Below, one piece after another: positions 26,732 through 38,129 of a stretch of DNA of 64,000 nucleotides; the stretch's first letter is position 1, and every line of letters begins with the position of its first letter. Source of the stretch: Myxococcota bacterium (GTDB lineage: Bacteria; Myxococcota_A; UBA9160; UBA6930); the NCBI GenBank assembly GCA_965223705.1, contig OZ245015.1, forward strand, positions 2,528,001-2,592,000, written 5' to 3'. The notes under the pieces were generated by a model, which saw nothing but the letters and a program-made list of their open reading frames with translations, was not told where the DNA came from and did no database searches. A program made the translations under genes and the position numbers.

Positions 26732-27586
26732 TTAGTCGCCGCGCGTGATCGCCGCGCGGCCCTTCTCAATTTGGAGGCGGAGCGCCTCGCGATCGTCTTC
26801 TGCGAGAGCTTCGGCCAGATGTGCTAGCTCGCGCGCCACCTCCGAAACCACAGCTCGCGTCGCTTCGCCGTTCTCACCGAGAATCTCCGCCCAGAGGGAC
26901 GCGTCGGATCGCGCGATCCTCGTAAAATCTCGGAACCCGCCACCGCGCAGCCGCGCCGCGCCCGCCGGTCCTTTTTCGAGTGCAGCGGCGAAGGCGAACG
27001 CCACCGCGTGGGGAGCATGGCTGATCCACGCGACTTCGAGATCGTGCTCATCCGGATCGCGCTCCTCGACGCGCATTCCGAGGCCCGCCCATAGCGCGCG
27101 AAGACGTACGACCGCCGCTTCGTCAGACCCCGCAGTGGGCGTCACCACACAAGCTGCCCCATCGAGGAGATCGGCGCGCGCATGATCGAACCCGCGCAAG
27201 TGACTCCCCGCCATCGGATGGGAGCCGACGTAGATCACACCGTCCGGGAGAAGCGGCGGCAACGAGCGCGCCAAAGCTCCCTTGACACTGCCGACGTCCG
27301 TCACGAGCGCGCCCGGTCGGAGCCCCGGTGCGGCCGCTTCGAGAAGCGCCGGCATCGCTTCGACGGGGCACGCGAGGATGACCAGCTCGGCTCCCGCGGC
27401 GCCCGCTTCGGGCGAATCGGTTCCGCGATCGATCGCCCCTCGCGACTCGGCGTCCGCCAACGCTCCGGCCGATCGCGACACGCCGACAATTTCCTTGGCG
27501 AGTCCCCGCTCGCGAAGTGCCAGAGCGATCGAGCCTCCCAAAAGTCCGAGGCCCATCACCGCGACGCGTTCGAACAGCGCCATCAC
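26732..27586 (-). CDS. tyrA: Prephenate/arogenate dehydrogenase
   Basis: GLGLLGGS, TDVGSVK, HPMAGS, EHD..VAWISHAPH, GGFRDFTRIA. Confidence 0.94.
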   Translation of the reverse strand: MMALFERVAVMGLGLLGGSIALALRERGLAKEIVGVSRSAGALADAESRGAIDRGTDSPEAGAAGAELVILACPVEAMPALLEAAAPGLRPGALVTDVGSVKGALARSLPPLLPDGVIYVGSHPMAGSHLRGFDHARADLLDGAACVVTPTAGSDEAAVVRLRALWAGLGMRVEERDPDEHDLEVAWISHAPHAVAFAFAAALEKGPAGAARLRGGGFRDFTRIARSDASLWAEILGENGEATRAVVSEVARELAHLAEALAEDDREALRLQIEKGRAAITRGD

Positions 27587-28680
27587 GAACGTGCGTTCCT
27601 GAACGCTTCAAGCGTTTCGAGAAAGCGCTCGTTCTCGTCGTCGGTTCCGATGGTGACACGCACGCATTCGGGCAAGCCGAACCCGCCCATGGGACGGACG
27701 ATCACGCCTTGCCGCAGTAGCGCTTCGTACGTCCCCGCTCCGGTTTCGGCCAGAATGAAGTTCGTGTCACTGGGCCAGTAACGAATACCGAGCCGCTCCA
27801 ACCCTTGTTCCAGCAATGCGAGACCGCGCGCGTTCGTCTCGCGACTTCTCGCGAGGTGCTCGTGATCGTCGAGGGCCGCCAGCGCTCCCGCCTCACCCAG
27901 GAGATTCACGTTGAACGGGTGCCGCCCGCGCTCGAGCCAGCCGGCGAACTCCTCGTCCGTGACGCCGTAGCCGACCCGCGCGCCCGCGAGGCCGTAGGCT
28001 TTCGAGAACGTCCGAAGAACGCAGGTTCCGGGACGCCGTCGCACCCAGTCCAAGCTGTCCGGGAAGTCCTCGCGCCGGACGTACTCGTAGTACGCCTCGT
28101 CGATCACGAGCGGGAGATCCTCGGGTAATTCCTCGACGAACCGATCGAATTCACCGCGTCCAAGACTCGTCCCCGTCGGGTTGTTGGGGTTACACACGAA
28201 GACGAGCTGGGTGTTCTCGGTCACCGCCTTCGCCATGGCCGGCAGGTCATGACTGAAATCCGCGGTCAGCGGAACAGCGACCGCCTTGCCACCCATCCCT
28301 TGGACGACGAGGGGATACATCGCGAAGGAAGGCCAGGGAAAAACGACTTCGCTCCCCGGTCCGACCAGAGCCTTCGCAATGAGCTCCAACAGCTCGTCGG
28401 AGCCAGCGCCGAAGATGAGCTGGTTCTCGTCGACACCGAGACGCGAAGCGAGCGCGGACCGCAACGCAAAGTTCTTCCCGTCGGGATAGCGATGCGCCGT
28501 TTCCGCGGCGCGCTTCATGGCGACCACGGCTTTCGGTGACGGACCGAGCGGGTTCTCGTTTGACGCGACTTTGATCGAACCTTCGATCCCGAGCTCGCGC
28601 TCGAGCTCTTCAATGGGCTTGCCGGGCTCGTACGCCTTGAGGGAGGCATAGTAGGCTTTGATGCGGCGCGACAGTTCCAC
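27583..28680 (-). CDS. hisC: Histidinol-phosphate aminotransferase
   Basis: YEPGKP, KVASNENPLG, CNPNNPTG, DEAY, RTFSKAYGLAGARVGY. Confidence 0.95.
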   Translation of the reverse strand: MELSRRIKAYYASLKAYEPGKPIEELERELGIEGSIKVASNENPLGPSPKAVVAMKRAAETAHRYPDGKNFALRSALASRLGVDENQLIFGAGSDELLELIAKALVGPGSEVVFPWPSFAMYPLVVQGMGGKAVAVPLTADFSHDLPAMAKAVTENTQLVFVCNPNNPTGTSLGRGEFDRFVEELPEDLPLVIDEAYYEYVRREDFPDSLDWVRRRPGTCVLRTFSKAYGLAGARVGYGVTDEEFAGWLERGRHPFNVNLLGEAGALAALDDHEHLARSRETNARGLALLEQGLERLGIRYWPSDTNFILAETGAGTYEALLRQGVIVRPMGGFGLPECVRVTIGTDDENERFLETLEAFRNARS

Positions 28681-29840
28681 TACGCCGCCTCGCCGCCACG
28701 AGAGCGCCGCGCCCGCGGAAAAGAACCGAGAACACGCGTCGACAAGGCCAGCCGCGAGGCTTCTTCGATCGCCTTGGCGACGGCGCTCTGCGACCGGTGT
28801 CCCTCGACGTCGATGAAGAAGAGGTATTCCCAGGGTGCTCCCTTGAGCGGGCGCGCCTGGATCGCCGCGAGGTTCACGCCGCCACTCGCGAACGGGGCCA
28901 GGAGTCCGTGTAGTGCACCGGACTGATCTTTTCGCACCGTGAACACGACACTCGTCAAATCGAAGCCGGAAGGCTCGGGCGGATCGCCGCCGATCACGAG
29001 GAAGCGGGTGGTGTTGTCCCGCCGGTCCTCGATCCCGCGCGCAATGATCTTCAAGCCGCCGACTTCGGCCGCGAGAGCTGTGCCGATCGCCGCGACGTCG
29101 GGCGCCCCGGCCGCGAGCCGGGCCGCTTCGGCCGTGCTCGCGACTTCGATGCGTTCGGCGCCCGGCAACTCTCGATCGAGCCAACCCCGCGCCTGCGCGA
29201 GGGGCTGCGGATGAGACGCGACCCGGCGCACCTCGCTCGGGTCGCCGGATCGCGACATCACGCACAAAGAGACGCGAAGCAGCAGCTCTCCGACGAGGGT
29301 GACGTTCGCATCGACGAGCCCGTCGAGGGCCTGGGTGACCACACCTTCGGTGCTGTTTTCGACCGGCAGCAGACCGTGGTCGATTTGGCCCGATGCGACC
29401 GAGGCCAACAGCTCGGCAAAGCTCGCGACGGGCACGTAGCTCGCGCTCGCACCGAACGCCTCCTTCGCCGCCTGGTGGGAAAACGTGCCGTCGGGCCCGA
29501 GGTAGCCGATCTGCAAATCGCGTTCGAGCGATCGCGTGCCCGAAATGATTTCCCGGAACACGGCCGGAATCGCCGCATCGGGGAAGGGACCGGTGTTCGC
29601 CTCGATCAGGCCTTCGACAAGATCCCGTTCTCTTTCAGCCCGGTACACGCTGTGGTCGTGGGATCGCTTCAGGTCCCCCACCCGCGCGACCAGGTGCGCG
29701 CGTTCGTTCAGCGCGTCGAGTAGGCGGCGGTCGACAGAATCGATGGCGTCCCGAAGTTCGGCAAGCGCGTCGCGCGCGTTCGAAGCGACGGCGCTCCCGA
29801 CGAGCGGAGCCTCGGGCTTTTGTTGCTGTCGACTGCTCAA
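28680..29840 (-). CDS. pheA: Chorismate mutase/prephenate dehydratase
   Basis: LRDAIDSVD..LNERA, YLGPDGTFS, PVENSTEG, SHPQ, NTTRF, ACT domain; GAGGAG RBS before TTG. Confidence 0.95.
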   Translation of the reverse strand: MSSRQQQKPEAPLVGSAVASNARDALAELRDAIDSVDRRLLDALNERAHLVARVGDLKRSHDHSVYRAERERDLVEGLIEANTGPFPDAAIPAVFREIISGTRSLERDLQIGYLGPDGTFSHQAAKEAFGASASYVPVASFAELLASVASGQIDHGLLPVENSTEGVVTQALDGLVDANVTLVGELLLRVSLCVMSRSGDPSEVRRVASHPQPLAQARGWLDRELPGAERIEVASTAEAARLAAGAPDVAAIGTALAAEVGGLKIIARGIEDRRDNTTRFLVIGGDPPEPSGFDLTSVVFTVRKDQSGALHGLLAPFASGGVNLAAIQARPLKGAPWEYLFFIDVEGHRSQSAVAKAIEEASRLALSTRVLGSFPRARRSRGGEAA

Positions 29841-30074
29841 AGACACTCCTCGGGGAGAGCGTTGCATCACGGCGAGTCGAAAGCGTTGTGCACTTTCTCG
29901 CCGCTGCGTTCGGATCGGCTAACCCCGCGAAAAGACTGAAGCAATATATAGGAGCGCAAAACGGCGGTCAAACGGGCTCGAGAATTTCCTTTGCGCTTCC
30001 GCGGGGTTACGGCCGCGGGGGCGCGCATACCCATAAGCACCTGTTTCGCCTAAGAAAATTCCCCTTACGCGGTT

Positions 30075-30102
30075 TTAAGGCCGAGCCCCGACCCGTCGAT
30101 GA
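30075..30102 (+). promoter_or_regulatory. Putative sigma-28-like promoter TTAAG-N15-GTCGATGA
   Basis: Resembles TAAA-N15-GCCGATAA; same spacing upstream of three other signalling genes. Confidence 0.45.
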
Positions 30103-30920
30103 ACAGACCGAACCCCCGGTTTCGAGGCTTGGGTCTGGCGAACGGAAGCTCACAATCCCTCTTTCGGCTTCGGGTAGCGCTGGCCAGCGCGTGTCTGCTC
30201 GGCGCCGGTGTGGCGAGCCTCGCGGGCGTCCTCGGAACGGGGGAATTGCCGGCCCGGCTGCTTCGCGCTGTGCTGGCAGCGGTCGCCACGAGTCTCGCGG
30301 TCTATTTCTGGGCGCGGGGGTATGTCACCTCTCAGATCACGCCCTGGCTCGCCGCCGCCGACCAGAGCGAGGCGCTCCGTGTGAGAAACGAAGCCTTGGA
30401 GGCTGCGAACGAGGTGCTCGAGCAACTGTCGATCACGGACGGGCTCACCAAACTCCACAACCATCGCTTTTTTCAGGAGCAACTCGAGCGGGAGATCCGT
30501 CGCGCGCGTCGCACCGGCGAGGCCTTGGCCATGCTCATCTGCGACATCGACGACTTCAAGGCTCTGAACGACCGACAGGGACACAAAGCCGGCGACGAGC
30601 TTTTGATGGGCCTCGCGAACAAACTCAGTGAATGCGTCCGGGAGACCGACCTTCTCGCCCGCTACGGCGGCGAAGAGTTCGTGATCCTCGCCGCGCATAC
30701 CGACCTCGAAGGCGGTATCCGGGTGGCGGAAAAAGTACGCACCGTCGTCGAGAATGAGGACTTCTTCCTCGATGGCGCCGAGGTTCCGACGAACATCACC
30801 GTGTCCATCGGAGTCGCGGAGTTCCGCGGCGACCGCGGCGGATTTTTCCGTGCCGCGGACCAGGCGCTCTACCGCGCCAAGGCCACCGGAAAAAACTGCG
30901 TGGTTGCGGACGGGATCTGA
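30099..30920 (+). CDS. Membrane-anchored diguanylate cyclase (GGDEF)
   Basis: Two TM helices, coiled coil, TDGLT, DIDDFK.LND..GH..GD, RETD I-site, RYGGEEF; start uncertain. Confidence 0.93.
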   Translation: MNRPNPRFRGLGLANGSSQSLFRLRVALASACLLGAGVASLAGVLGTGELPARLLRAVLAAVATSLAVYFWARGYVTSQITPWLAAADQSEALRVRNEALEAANEVLEQLSITDGLTKLHNHRFFQEQLEREIRRARRTGEALAMLICDIDDFKALNDRQGHKAGDELLMGLANKLSECVRETDLLARYGGEEFVILAAHTDLEGGIRVAEKVRTVVENEDFFLDGAEVPTNITVSIGVAEFRGDRGGFFRAADQALYRAKATGKNCVVADGI

Positions 30921-30941
30921 GTTTTCAGCCATCCTCGGGCG

Positions 30942-31577
30942 ATGACCAAAGTCGTTGCCCTCACCGGCGGCATCGGTACGGGAAAGAGCACGGTCGCGCG
31001 CATGCTCGTCGCGCTGGGCGCCCGCCTGGTCGATGCCGACGCGATCGTCCACGAGCTTCAGGCGAAGGGCACCCCGCTGCTTCGAGAGATCGAGGCTCAC
31101 TTCGGCGCCGAGGTGATCGACGAGGACGGTGAGCTCGATCGCGCGGCACTGGGCGCCATCGTCTTTCGCGACGCGTCCGCCCGGAAAGCGTTGGGCGCGT
31201 TGGTACATCCGCCGGTCCGGCGAGAAATGCGCGCGCGCGTCGACCGGGCGATCGACGAGGGCGTCCCCCTCGTCGTCGTCGACATTCCCCTCCTTTTCGA
31301 AGGCGGACACGACCCGAAGAACAACCCGCTTCGCATCGAAGCGACGATCCTCGCCTATGCGCCGCGCTCGTTGCAGGTCGAGCGGCAAAAGACGCGCGAC
31401 GGTGCCAGCGAGGACGAGGCGATGCGGCGCATCGACGCGCAGATGCCCATCGAAGACAAACGGCAGCTCGCCGACTACGTGATCGACAACGCGGGAAGTC
31501 TCCGCGAGACCGAGCACCAGGTTGAAGCGCTCTACGCGGAGCTCACGAAGTCTGCTCCCGACGAATCGCGGCCTTGA
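30942..31577 (+). CDS. coaE: Dephospho-CoA kinase
   Basis: LTGGIGTGKSTV, DAD, LDRAALG..VF, VHPPV, DIPLLFE, RIDAQM. Confidence 0.96.
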   Translation: MTKVVALTGGIGTGKSTVARMLVALGARLVDADAIVHELQAKGTPLLREIEAHFGAEVIDEDGELDRAALGAIVFRDASARKALGALVHPPVRREMRARVDRAIDEGVPLVVVDIPLLFEGGHDPKNNPLRIEATILAYAPRSLQVERQKTRDGASEDEAMRRIDAQMPIEDKRQLADYVIDNAGSLRETEHQVEALYAELTKSAPDESRP

Positions 31578-32352
31578 GGCTTGTGGCGAATTCCGAGGCC
31601 ACCGCGACGGCATCTCCCCGATCGGCGGCTCGCGCGATGCGGTCGACGAACGCGCTCCCGACGACCACACCATCCGCGTAGCGGCCGACCTCGGCCGCTT
31701 GCTCCGGTGTCGACACGCCGAAGCCCACGCATACCGGACCGTCGGTCACGCCCCGAATGCGCGCGACCGCGGCTTCGATCCCGCTGGCCAACTCTTGTCG
31801 CGCCCCGGTGATGCCGGTCAGCGACACGTAGTAGAGGAAGCCCCGCGTCGCATCGGCCAGCAGACGAAGGCGCGCGTCGGTCGTGGTGGGCGTCGCGAGA
31901 AGAACCGCGTCGATGCCAGCGCTTGCGCACGCCGCGTAGAAGGCCTCGCCTTCCTCCGGCGGGAGATCCGGGATGATCACGCCGTCGACGCCGGCTCTCG
32001 CCGCCGCTTCCGTGAACCCCGCCGCACCCATCGAGAGGAAGGGGTTCGCGTATCCCATCAACAGAAGCGGTGTCGATACTTCGCGCCGGAGCTCGGCAAC
32101 CATGCCGAGTACCCGACGCAGCGAGGTGCCTCCCCGGAGCGCGCGTTCGCTCGCTTGCTGGATGACGGGTCCCTCGGCGACCGGATCGGAAAACGGGACG
32201 CCGATTTCCAACAGATCGGCACCCGCATCGACGAGGCCTCGAAGTACGGCGAGGCTCGTCTCGAGGTCGGGATCGCCCGCGGTGACGAAGGGAACGAGTG
32301 CGCGCTCGCCGCGCTTCCGAAGCTCGTCGAAGCGGCGCCCGATGGTGCTCAT
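31543..32352 (-). CDS. trpA: Tryptophan synthase alpha
   Basis: [42 protein letters not shown]. Confidence 0.97.
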   Translation of the reverse strand: MSTIGRRFDELRKRGERALVPFVTAGDPDLETSLAVLRGLVDAGADLLEIGVPFSDPVAEGPVIQQASERALRGGTSLRRVLGMVAELRREVSTPLLLMGYANPFLSMGAAGFTEAAARAGVDGVIIPDLPPEEGEAFYAACASAGIDAVLLATPTTTDARLRLLADATRGFLYYVSLTGITGARQELASGIEAAVARIRGVTDGPVCVGFGVSTPEQAAEVGRYADGVVVGSAFVDRIARAADRGDAVAVASEFATSLKAAIRREQTS

Positions 32353-33557
32353 CCTTCGGTCTCGCCCTGAAGGATCGCTCGGACTTGCGGCGCGTCTTTG
32401 TCACCGCGACCCGACAGATTGAGGATCACGCGGCAGTCCTCGCCGAGCCGAGCACCTTCCCTTCTCAGGTAAGCCACTGCGTGCGCGGATTCGAGCGCGG
32501 GAATGATGCCCTCGACCCGCGACAAGAACTGAAACGCGGAGAGGGTTTCTGCATCGTCCGCACTCTCGTAGGTGACGCGGCCCGCGTCACGCAGGAACGC
32601 GTGCTCGGGCCCGACCCCCGGGTAGTCGAGCCCGGCGGAGATCGAGTGTGCCGGAAAGATCTGTCCATCGTCGTCGGCCAACACGACCGTGCGCTGGCCG
32701 TGGAGCACACCCGGCACGCCGGTGCCCAGCGTCGCTCCGTGGCGCCCGCTCGTAATGCCCTCCCCTCCCGGCTCGACGCCGACCATCGCGACGCCGTCGT
32801 CTTCGAGGAACGGATGGAACAGCCCGATTGCGTTCGAACCGCCGCCGACACAGGCGACGAGCAGATCAGGAAGCCGACCCTCGAGATCGAGAAACTGCTG
32901 TCGCGCCTCGACACCGATCACACGCTGGAAGTCTCGAACCAGCGTCGGGTACGGATGCGGACCCATGACCGAACCGATGCAGTAGTACGTGGTCGCGATA
33001 TTCGTCACCCAGTCCCGCATCGCTTCATTGATCGCGTCCTTGAGCGTTCGCGAGCCGCTGCTGACCGAGTGCACCTTCGCTCCCAGGAGCTCCATCCGAA
33101 ACACATTGAGCGACTGGCGCGCGACATCCTCCTCGCCCATGTAGACCTCGCAGTCGAGATCGAGGAGTGCGCAAGCCGTGGCCGTCGCGACGCCGTGTTG
33201 ACCGGCGCCAGTCTCCGCAATGACGCGCTGTTTCCCCATGTGACGCGCGAGCAGCGCTTGCCCCAGCACGTTGTTGATCTTGTGGGCGCCGGTGTGCGCG
33301 AGGTCCTCCCGCTTGAGATAGATCTTGGGACCGAGCTCGCGGCTCAACCGGCTCGCGAAATAGAGCGGTGTCGGCCGTCCGGCGTACGAGGTGAGGAGTT
33401 CTTTCAACTCGCGCTGAAACGCCGGCTCGCCGCTCACGCGCGGGTAGGCCTCGCGCAGCTCGTCGAGGGCCGCGATCAGGGTCTCGGGCACGTATCGTCC
33501 GCCGTACTCTCCGAAGCGCCCCGCGCTGTCGGCTTCGCTGCGCAGTCCGCGAATCAT
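32349..33557 (-). CDS. trpB: Tryptophan synthase beta
   Basis: [55 protein letters not shown]. Confidence 0.98.
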   Translation of the reverse strand: MIRGLRSEADSAGRFGEYGGRYVPETLIAALDELREAYPRVSGEPAFQRELKELLTSYAGRPTPLYFASRLSRELGPKIYLKREDLAHTGAHKINNVLGQALLARHMGKQRVIAETGAGQHGVATATACALLDLDCEVYMGEEDVARQSLNVFRMELLGAKVHSVSSGSRTLKDAINEAMRDWVTNIATTYYCIGSVMGPHPYPTLVRDFQRVIGVEARQQFLDLEGRLPDLLVACVGGGSNAIGLFHPFLEDDGVAMVGVEPGGEGITSGRHGATLGTGVPGVLHGQRTVVLADDDGQIFPAHSISAGLDYPGVGPEHAFLRDAGRVTYESADDAETLSAFQFLSRVEGIIPALESAHAVAYLRREGARLGEDCRVILNLSGRGDKDAPQVRAILQGETEG

Positions 33558-34177
33558 GTCCCCGCCACCTCGCTCTTGTGCACCGCTTCCACAAAGGCCC
33601 GCATCCGCGACGGACTTTTGCGGCCGTCGGGGTCTTCGACACCACTCGCGACGTCGACACCCCAGGGCGGTGTATCCGCCAGCGATTCGAGGGCGCCTCC
33701 GACGTTTTCCGGCGTGAGACCGCCCGCGAGAAGAACCCGTGCTTCCCCTTCGAGCAAAGGACGCGCGTCCTCCCAATCCCAGGCGCTGCCGGTTCCGCCG
33801 CCGCCTGAAGGATGATCGAGTAGCAAGACCGCCCCCGGATAGCGGTGGGCGGCGTCCACAGCCGCACCCCGCAGCGCCTTGATGACCGGAAGTCTCTGCC
33901 GTGCGACGAACTCCGGGGACTCGTCGCCGTGGAGTTGCACCCAGTCGACCGGGACCTGAGCGAGCACTTCCGCAATGCGGGTTTCGGTCGCGTCGCGAAA
34001 CAGCGCGACGCGCAGCGCCTGCCCATCGATCGCCACTGCGATATCGCGCGCCGCCTTCGGGTCGAGACATCGTTTCGATTCCGGAACGAAGTTCAAGCCG
34101 ACGAGACCCGCTCCGGCGGCCACCGCCGCACGCGCGTCGTCGACACTGCGCACGCCGCAAATTTTGACGACGGTCAA
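33554..34177 (-). CDS. trpF: Phosphoribosylanthranilate isomerase
   Basis: [35 protein letters not shown]. Confidence 0.96.
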   Translation of the reverse strand: MTVVKICGVRSVDDARAAVAAGAGLVGLNFVPESKRCLDPKAARDIAVAIDGQALRVALFRDATETRIAEVLAQVPVDWVQLHGDESPEFVARQRLPVIKALRGAAVDAAHRYPGAVLLLDHPSGGGGTGSAWDWEDARPLLEGEARVLLAGGLTPENVGGALESLADTPPWGVDVASGVEDPDGRKSPSRMRAFVEAVHKSEVAGT

Positions 34178-34956
34178 GAGTGTCCTCGCAAGCGTCGCAA
34201 CGCCTCGCCCGGATCGTCTTCTCGCATCAGCGATTCGCCCACGAGAAACGCCCGGGCTCCGGCTCTTTGAAGTCGATCGATATCGGCGGCGGTGTGAATA
34301 CCGCTCTCTGCAACGAGCAAGACGTCCTCGGGAATACCCGGAGCCAGTCGCTCCGTCACCTCGAGATGGGTCTCGAACGTGCGCAGATCGCGGTTGTTGA
34401 TGCCGAGAAGCGTCGCGCCGACCCCTCGTGCGGTTGCGAGCTCTCCCTCGTCGTGCACTTCGACCAAGACGTCGAGCCCGCGCGAGCCGGCGTAACCGTG
34501 CAAATCCGCAAGCGCGTCCCGCTCGAGCGCCGCGACGATCAGCAGCACGGCGTCGGCCCCGAACACCCGTGCCTCATCGATCTGGTAGCGGTCGATCGTG
34601 AAATCCTTGCGCAGAATCGGCAGCGCGACTCGGCTTCGGACGCGTTCCAGAAAATCGAGATGTCCGCCGAAGTAGTGCTCATCGGTCAGGATCGAAAGAG
34701 CGGCGGCGCCGCCGGCAGCGTACGCGTCGCCGCAGGCTTCGGGGTCGAAGTTCGGTCGAATCTCCCCGCGGCTCGGCGAGCGCCGTTTGATTTCCGCGAT
34801 GATCGCCGGCGCGTCGCCGCTCTCGAGAGCGTTGCGGAACCCTCGACAAGGCGCGGCGTCAGCGGCTGCTTTCGCGAGTTCGCGGGGGCTTCGAACCCGT
34901 TTGGCCGCCGCCACCTCCTCGCGTTTCCGCTCGAGGATTTCACCCAGCACGCTCAT
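34174..34956 (-). CDS. trpC: Indole-3-glycerol phosphate synthase
   Basis: [41 protein letters not shown]. Confidence 0.97.
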   Translation of the reverse strand: MSVLGEILERKREEVAAAKRVRSPRELAKAAADAAPCRGFRNALESGDAPAIIAEIKRRSPSRGEIRPNFDPEACGDAYAAGGAAALSILTDEHYFGGHLDFLERVRSRVALPILRKDFTIDRYQIDEARVFGADAVLLIVAALERDALADLHGYAGSRGLDVLVEVHDEGELATARGVGATLLGINNRDLRTFETHLEVTERLAPGIPEDVLLVAESGIHTAADIDRLQRAGARAFLVGESLMREDDPGEALRRLRGHS

Positions 34957-35978
34957 CTGCGCGCCGCTTCTCGGGTGTGGGCGATCAGCGCTTCGAGCTT
35001 GGCGTGGGCCGCACCGGATTCGAGGCTGTTCCGGGCCATGGCGAGCCCCTCTTCGAGGGACCCGGCCCGTCCCGCCGCCCAGAGCGCCCCGGCGGCGTTC
35101 AGCGCGACAATCTCACTCGGCGGTCCCAACTCCCCCGACAGCACCCGGCGCGCGATGTCCGCGTTCTCCTCCGCCGATCCGCCGCGCAGGTCGGCGGCGC
35201 GCACGCGTGCGAGGCCGAGCTCTTCGGCATCGACGTCTCGAACCGAGACGGATCCGTTCTCGAGGAACGCAGCTTGGCTCGGTCCCGTGGTCGATAGCTC
35301 GTCGAGTCCGTCGTGGCCGTGCACGACGAGCGCGCGCTCGCATCCGAGTTCGCCGAGCGCCGCGGCGATGACCTCGACCAGGTGCGGAGCATAGACGCCG
35401 AGAAGCTGCCGTTTCACGCCGACCGGATTGAGAAGCGGACCGAGGCAATTCATGATCGTCCGAATCTTAAGCGCTTCGCGGACCCCGGCCACGTGGCGCA
35501 TCGCCGGGTGGGCTCGTCTGGCGAAGAAAAAGCCGATACCGATCTGCGACGCGATATCCGCGGAGACGGCGACCGGCAGATCCGGTGCGACGCCCAATGC
35601 CTCCAACACGTCGTAGCTGCCGCATCGACTCGACGCCGCGCGATTGCCGTGCTTGACGACGGTGGCTCCCGCCCCGGCGACGACGAACGCGGCGACGGTT
35701 GAAATATTGAAGGTCGACGCCCCGTCTCCACCCGTGCCACAGGTATCGACGGCGTCGGGCACCGGAAGCGGCGCGGTGTCGGCTTTGGAGCGACAGGCGC
35801 GCGCCGTCGCCACGATCTCGGAGACGGATTCGCCCTTGGTGCAGAGTGCGGCAAAGAGACCGGCGATTTCCGCGTCCGATGCCTCGCCTTCCATGATGGC
35901 GGTGAAGGCCGCCTCGAGCACCGCGGCCGGAACGTCTTGCCGCGCGGAGGCGAAGCGAATCGCTTCGGCGAGACTCAC
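34953..35978 (-). CDS. trpD: Anthranilate phosphoribosyltransferase
   Basis: [35 protein letters not shown]. Confidence 0.97.
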   Translation of the reverse strand: MSLAEAIRFASARQDVPAAVLEAAFTAIMEGEASDAEIAGLFAALCTKGESVSEIVATARACRSKADTAPLPVPDAVDTCGTGGDGASTFNISTVAAFVVAGAGATVVKHGNRAASSRCGSYDVLEALGVAPDLPVAVSADIASQIGIGFFFARRAHPAMRHVAGVREALKIRTIMNCLGPLLNPVGVKRQLLGVYAPHLVEVIAAALGELGCERALVVHGHDGLDELSTTGPSQAAFLENGSVSVRDVDAEELGLARVRAADLRGGSAEENADIARRVLSGELGPPSEIVALNAAGALWAAGRAGSLEEGLAMARNSLESGAAHAKLEALIAHTREAARR

Positions 35979-36568
35979 GCCGCCCTGCCGCAAGAAGCGA
36001 GAAAATTCCCGAGGAGGTCCTTGCCGACCTGCGTCAGGACCGACTCGGGATGGAACTGCACGCCCTCGAGGGGCAGTGACCGGTGGCGCAGCCCCATGAT
36101 CTCTCCGTCGTCGCTCTCCGCCGTGATCTCGAGCTCCGCGGGTACGGAATCGCGCGCCACGACGAGGGAGTGGTAGCGCGTCGCAGTAAAGGGCTTCGGC
36201 AGGCCGCGAAACACTCCGGAGCCGTCATGACGGATCGGCGACGTCTTGCCGTGCATGAGTCGGCCGGCCCTCACGATCTTCGCACCGAAAGCCTGACCGA
36301 TCGATTGATGACCGAGGCATACACCGAGAAGTGGAATGCCGGCCTCTCCAAACGCCGCAACCGCAGCCAGCGAGACTCCGGAACCCTCGGGACGCCCAGG
36401 CCCCGGCGAGATCACGACGCCCTCCGGCCGCCGCTCGACCAGGGCTTCGATCGGTTCGTCGTCGTTGCGCACGACCCCGACGTCCGCACCCAATTCCGAC
36501 AGGTACTGCACCAAGTTGTAGGTGAAGGAATCGTAGTTATCGATCATCAGGATGCGGGTGGGACTCAA
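35975..36568 (-). CDS. trpG: Anthranilate synthase component II (glutamine amidotransferase)
   Basis: [35 protein letters not shown]. Confidence 0.95.
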   Translation of the reverse strand: MSPTRILMIDNYDSFTYNLVQYLSELGADVGVVRNDDEPIEALVERRPEGVVISPGPGRPEGSGVSLAAVAAFGEAGIPLLGVCLGHQSIGQAFGAKIVRAGRLMHGKTSPIRHDGSGVFRGLPKPFTATRYHSLVVARDSVPAELEITAESDDGEIMGLRHRSLPLEGVQFHPESVLTQVGKDLLGNFLASCGRAA

Positions 36569-38049
36569 TCGAGTCCCTCCCGTGCGAGATCGATGGCCTG
36601 GATCAGCGCCCGCGCCTTGTTCATCGATTCTTGATACTCGTCCTCGGGCTTCGAATCCGCGACGATCCCGCCTCCGGCCTGCAGATGAATATTCCCGTCC
36701 TGGACCAACATCGTCCGGATGGCGATCGCCATATCCATATTTCCGGAAAAACCGATGTAGCCGACGCAACCTCCGTAAGGCCCGCGCCGCAAGTGCTCGA
36801 GCTCGTCGATGATCTCCATCGCGCGCACCTTCGGGGCTCCCGACAACGTGCCGGCTGGGAAGGTCGCGCGCAGAAGGTCGAGCCAGTCCGCGTCGCCGCG
36901 CAGCTCACCCTGCACGTTCGACACGAGGTGCATCACATGGGAATAGCGCTCGACGACACCGTATTCGTCGACCTTCACCGTTCCCGTTTCCGCGACTCGC
37001 CCCACGTCATTTCTTCCGAGATCGACCAGCATCAGATGCTCCGCGAGCTCTTTGGGATCGGCGCGCAAGTCGCTTTCGAGCGCCGCATCGTGTTCCGGCG
37101 TCTCGCCGCGCGGACGCGTGCCCGCGATCGGACGCACGTGGACGGCGCCGTCTTCGAGACGCACCAGGATCTCCGGTGACGAGCCGATCAAGATCGGGCC
37201 GTTCAAGCGTAGAAAGAAGAGATAGGGGCTCGGGTTGATCTTGCGCAGTTGGCGGTAGATCAGCAGGGGCTCGGTTTGGAGCGGCATCCGGAAGCGCTGG
37301 GACAGCACGACCTGAAAAATGTCACCCGCCTCGATGTACTGCTTCGCCGCTTGCACCATCTCGCCGTAGGACTCCGGCGTCTCGCTCTTCGCAACGTCCA
37401 TGGGGACCGTCGCCGGCCCGAACGATTCTTGGCGTCGGGGCTCGCGAATTTTCCGCACGATCGAATCGATGGCCGCCACGGCCGCGTCGTAGCGCTGGCC
37501 GGGGTCGTCGCCTTCCTCGAGTAGAACGTCGCGCACGATCAACGCGCGGTGCTTGACGTTGTCGTAGACGACGACGCTCTCGGGCAGAACAAACCACGCA
37601 TCGGGAAACGAGAGCTCATCCGGGTTGCCGTCGGGAATGTCCTCGACGAACCGCACCCAGTCCCACGCGATGGCCCCCACGGCGCCGCCGGCGAACCGAG
37701 GGAGCGGCTCTCCGGGCAATGCGACCCGTCGCATATCCGCCAGTCGCCGACGGAGCGCGACCAGCGGGTCTCCGCTGACGGGCTCGCGCTCGGTGCGACC
37801 GTGGCTCGTCCAGGTAACCTCGCCCTCTGCGGCGCGAAAGATCGCTCGAGCGCCGACGCCGATAAAGCTATAGCGCCCCCACTTCTCCCCGCCCTCGACG
37901 GACTCGAACAGGAAAGACGTGCGGCCGTCATCGAGCCGCTGAAACAGGGATACCGGCGTCTCGGTGTCGGCGAGAATCTCGCGGACAACGGGGATGAGAT
38001 TGCCCTGGCGGGCGAGTTCGCAGAACTCTTCGCGGCTCGGCCGCAGCAC
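36565..38049 (-). CDS. trpE: Anthranilate synthase component I
   Basis: [56 protein letters not shown]. Confidence 0.97.
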   Translation of the reverse strand: MLRPSREEFCELARQGNLIPVVREILADTETPVSLFQRLDDGRTSFLFESVEGGEKWGRYSFIGVGARAIFRAAEGEVTWTSHGRTEREPVSGDPLVALRRRLADMRRVALPGEPLPRFAGGAVGAIAWDWVRFVEDIPDGNPDELSFPDAWFVLPESVVVYDNVKHRALIVRDVLLEEGDDPGQRYDAAVAAIDSIVRKIREPRRQESFGPATVPMDVAKSETPESYGEMVQAAKQYIEAGDIFQVVLSQRFRMPLQTEPLLIYRQLRKINPSPYLFFLRLNGPILIGSSPEILVRLEDGAVHVRPIAGTRPRGETPEHDAALESDLRADPKELAEHLMLVDLGRNDVGRVAETGTVKVDEYGVVERYSHVMHLVSNVQGELRGDADWLDLLRATFPAGTLSGAPKVRAMEIIDELEHLRRGPYGGCVGYIGFSGNMDMAIAIRTMLVQDGNIHLQAGGGIVADSKPEDEYQESMNKARALIQAIDLAREGLD

Positions 38050-38088
38050 GAAACCTCCGATCCGCAAAAAAAGTGCTTAGAATTCAGG

Positions 38089-38116
38089 TTGTTAGCAAAC
38101 CCTTGGGAGGGGTCAA
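38089..38116 (-). promoter_or_regulatory. Sigma-70-like promoter of the trp operon (TTGACC-N16-TAACAA, extended TG)
   Basis: In the 80-bp lptD-trpE gap, about 40 nt before the trpE start. Confidence 0.55.
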
Positions 38117-38129
38117 CTACACCCGCCCG

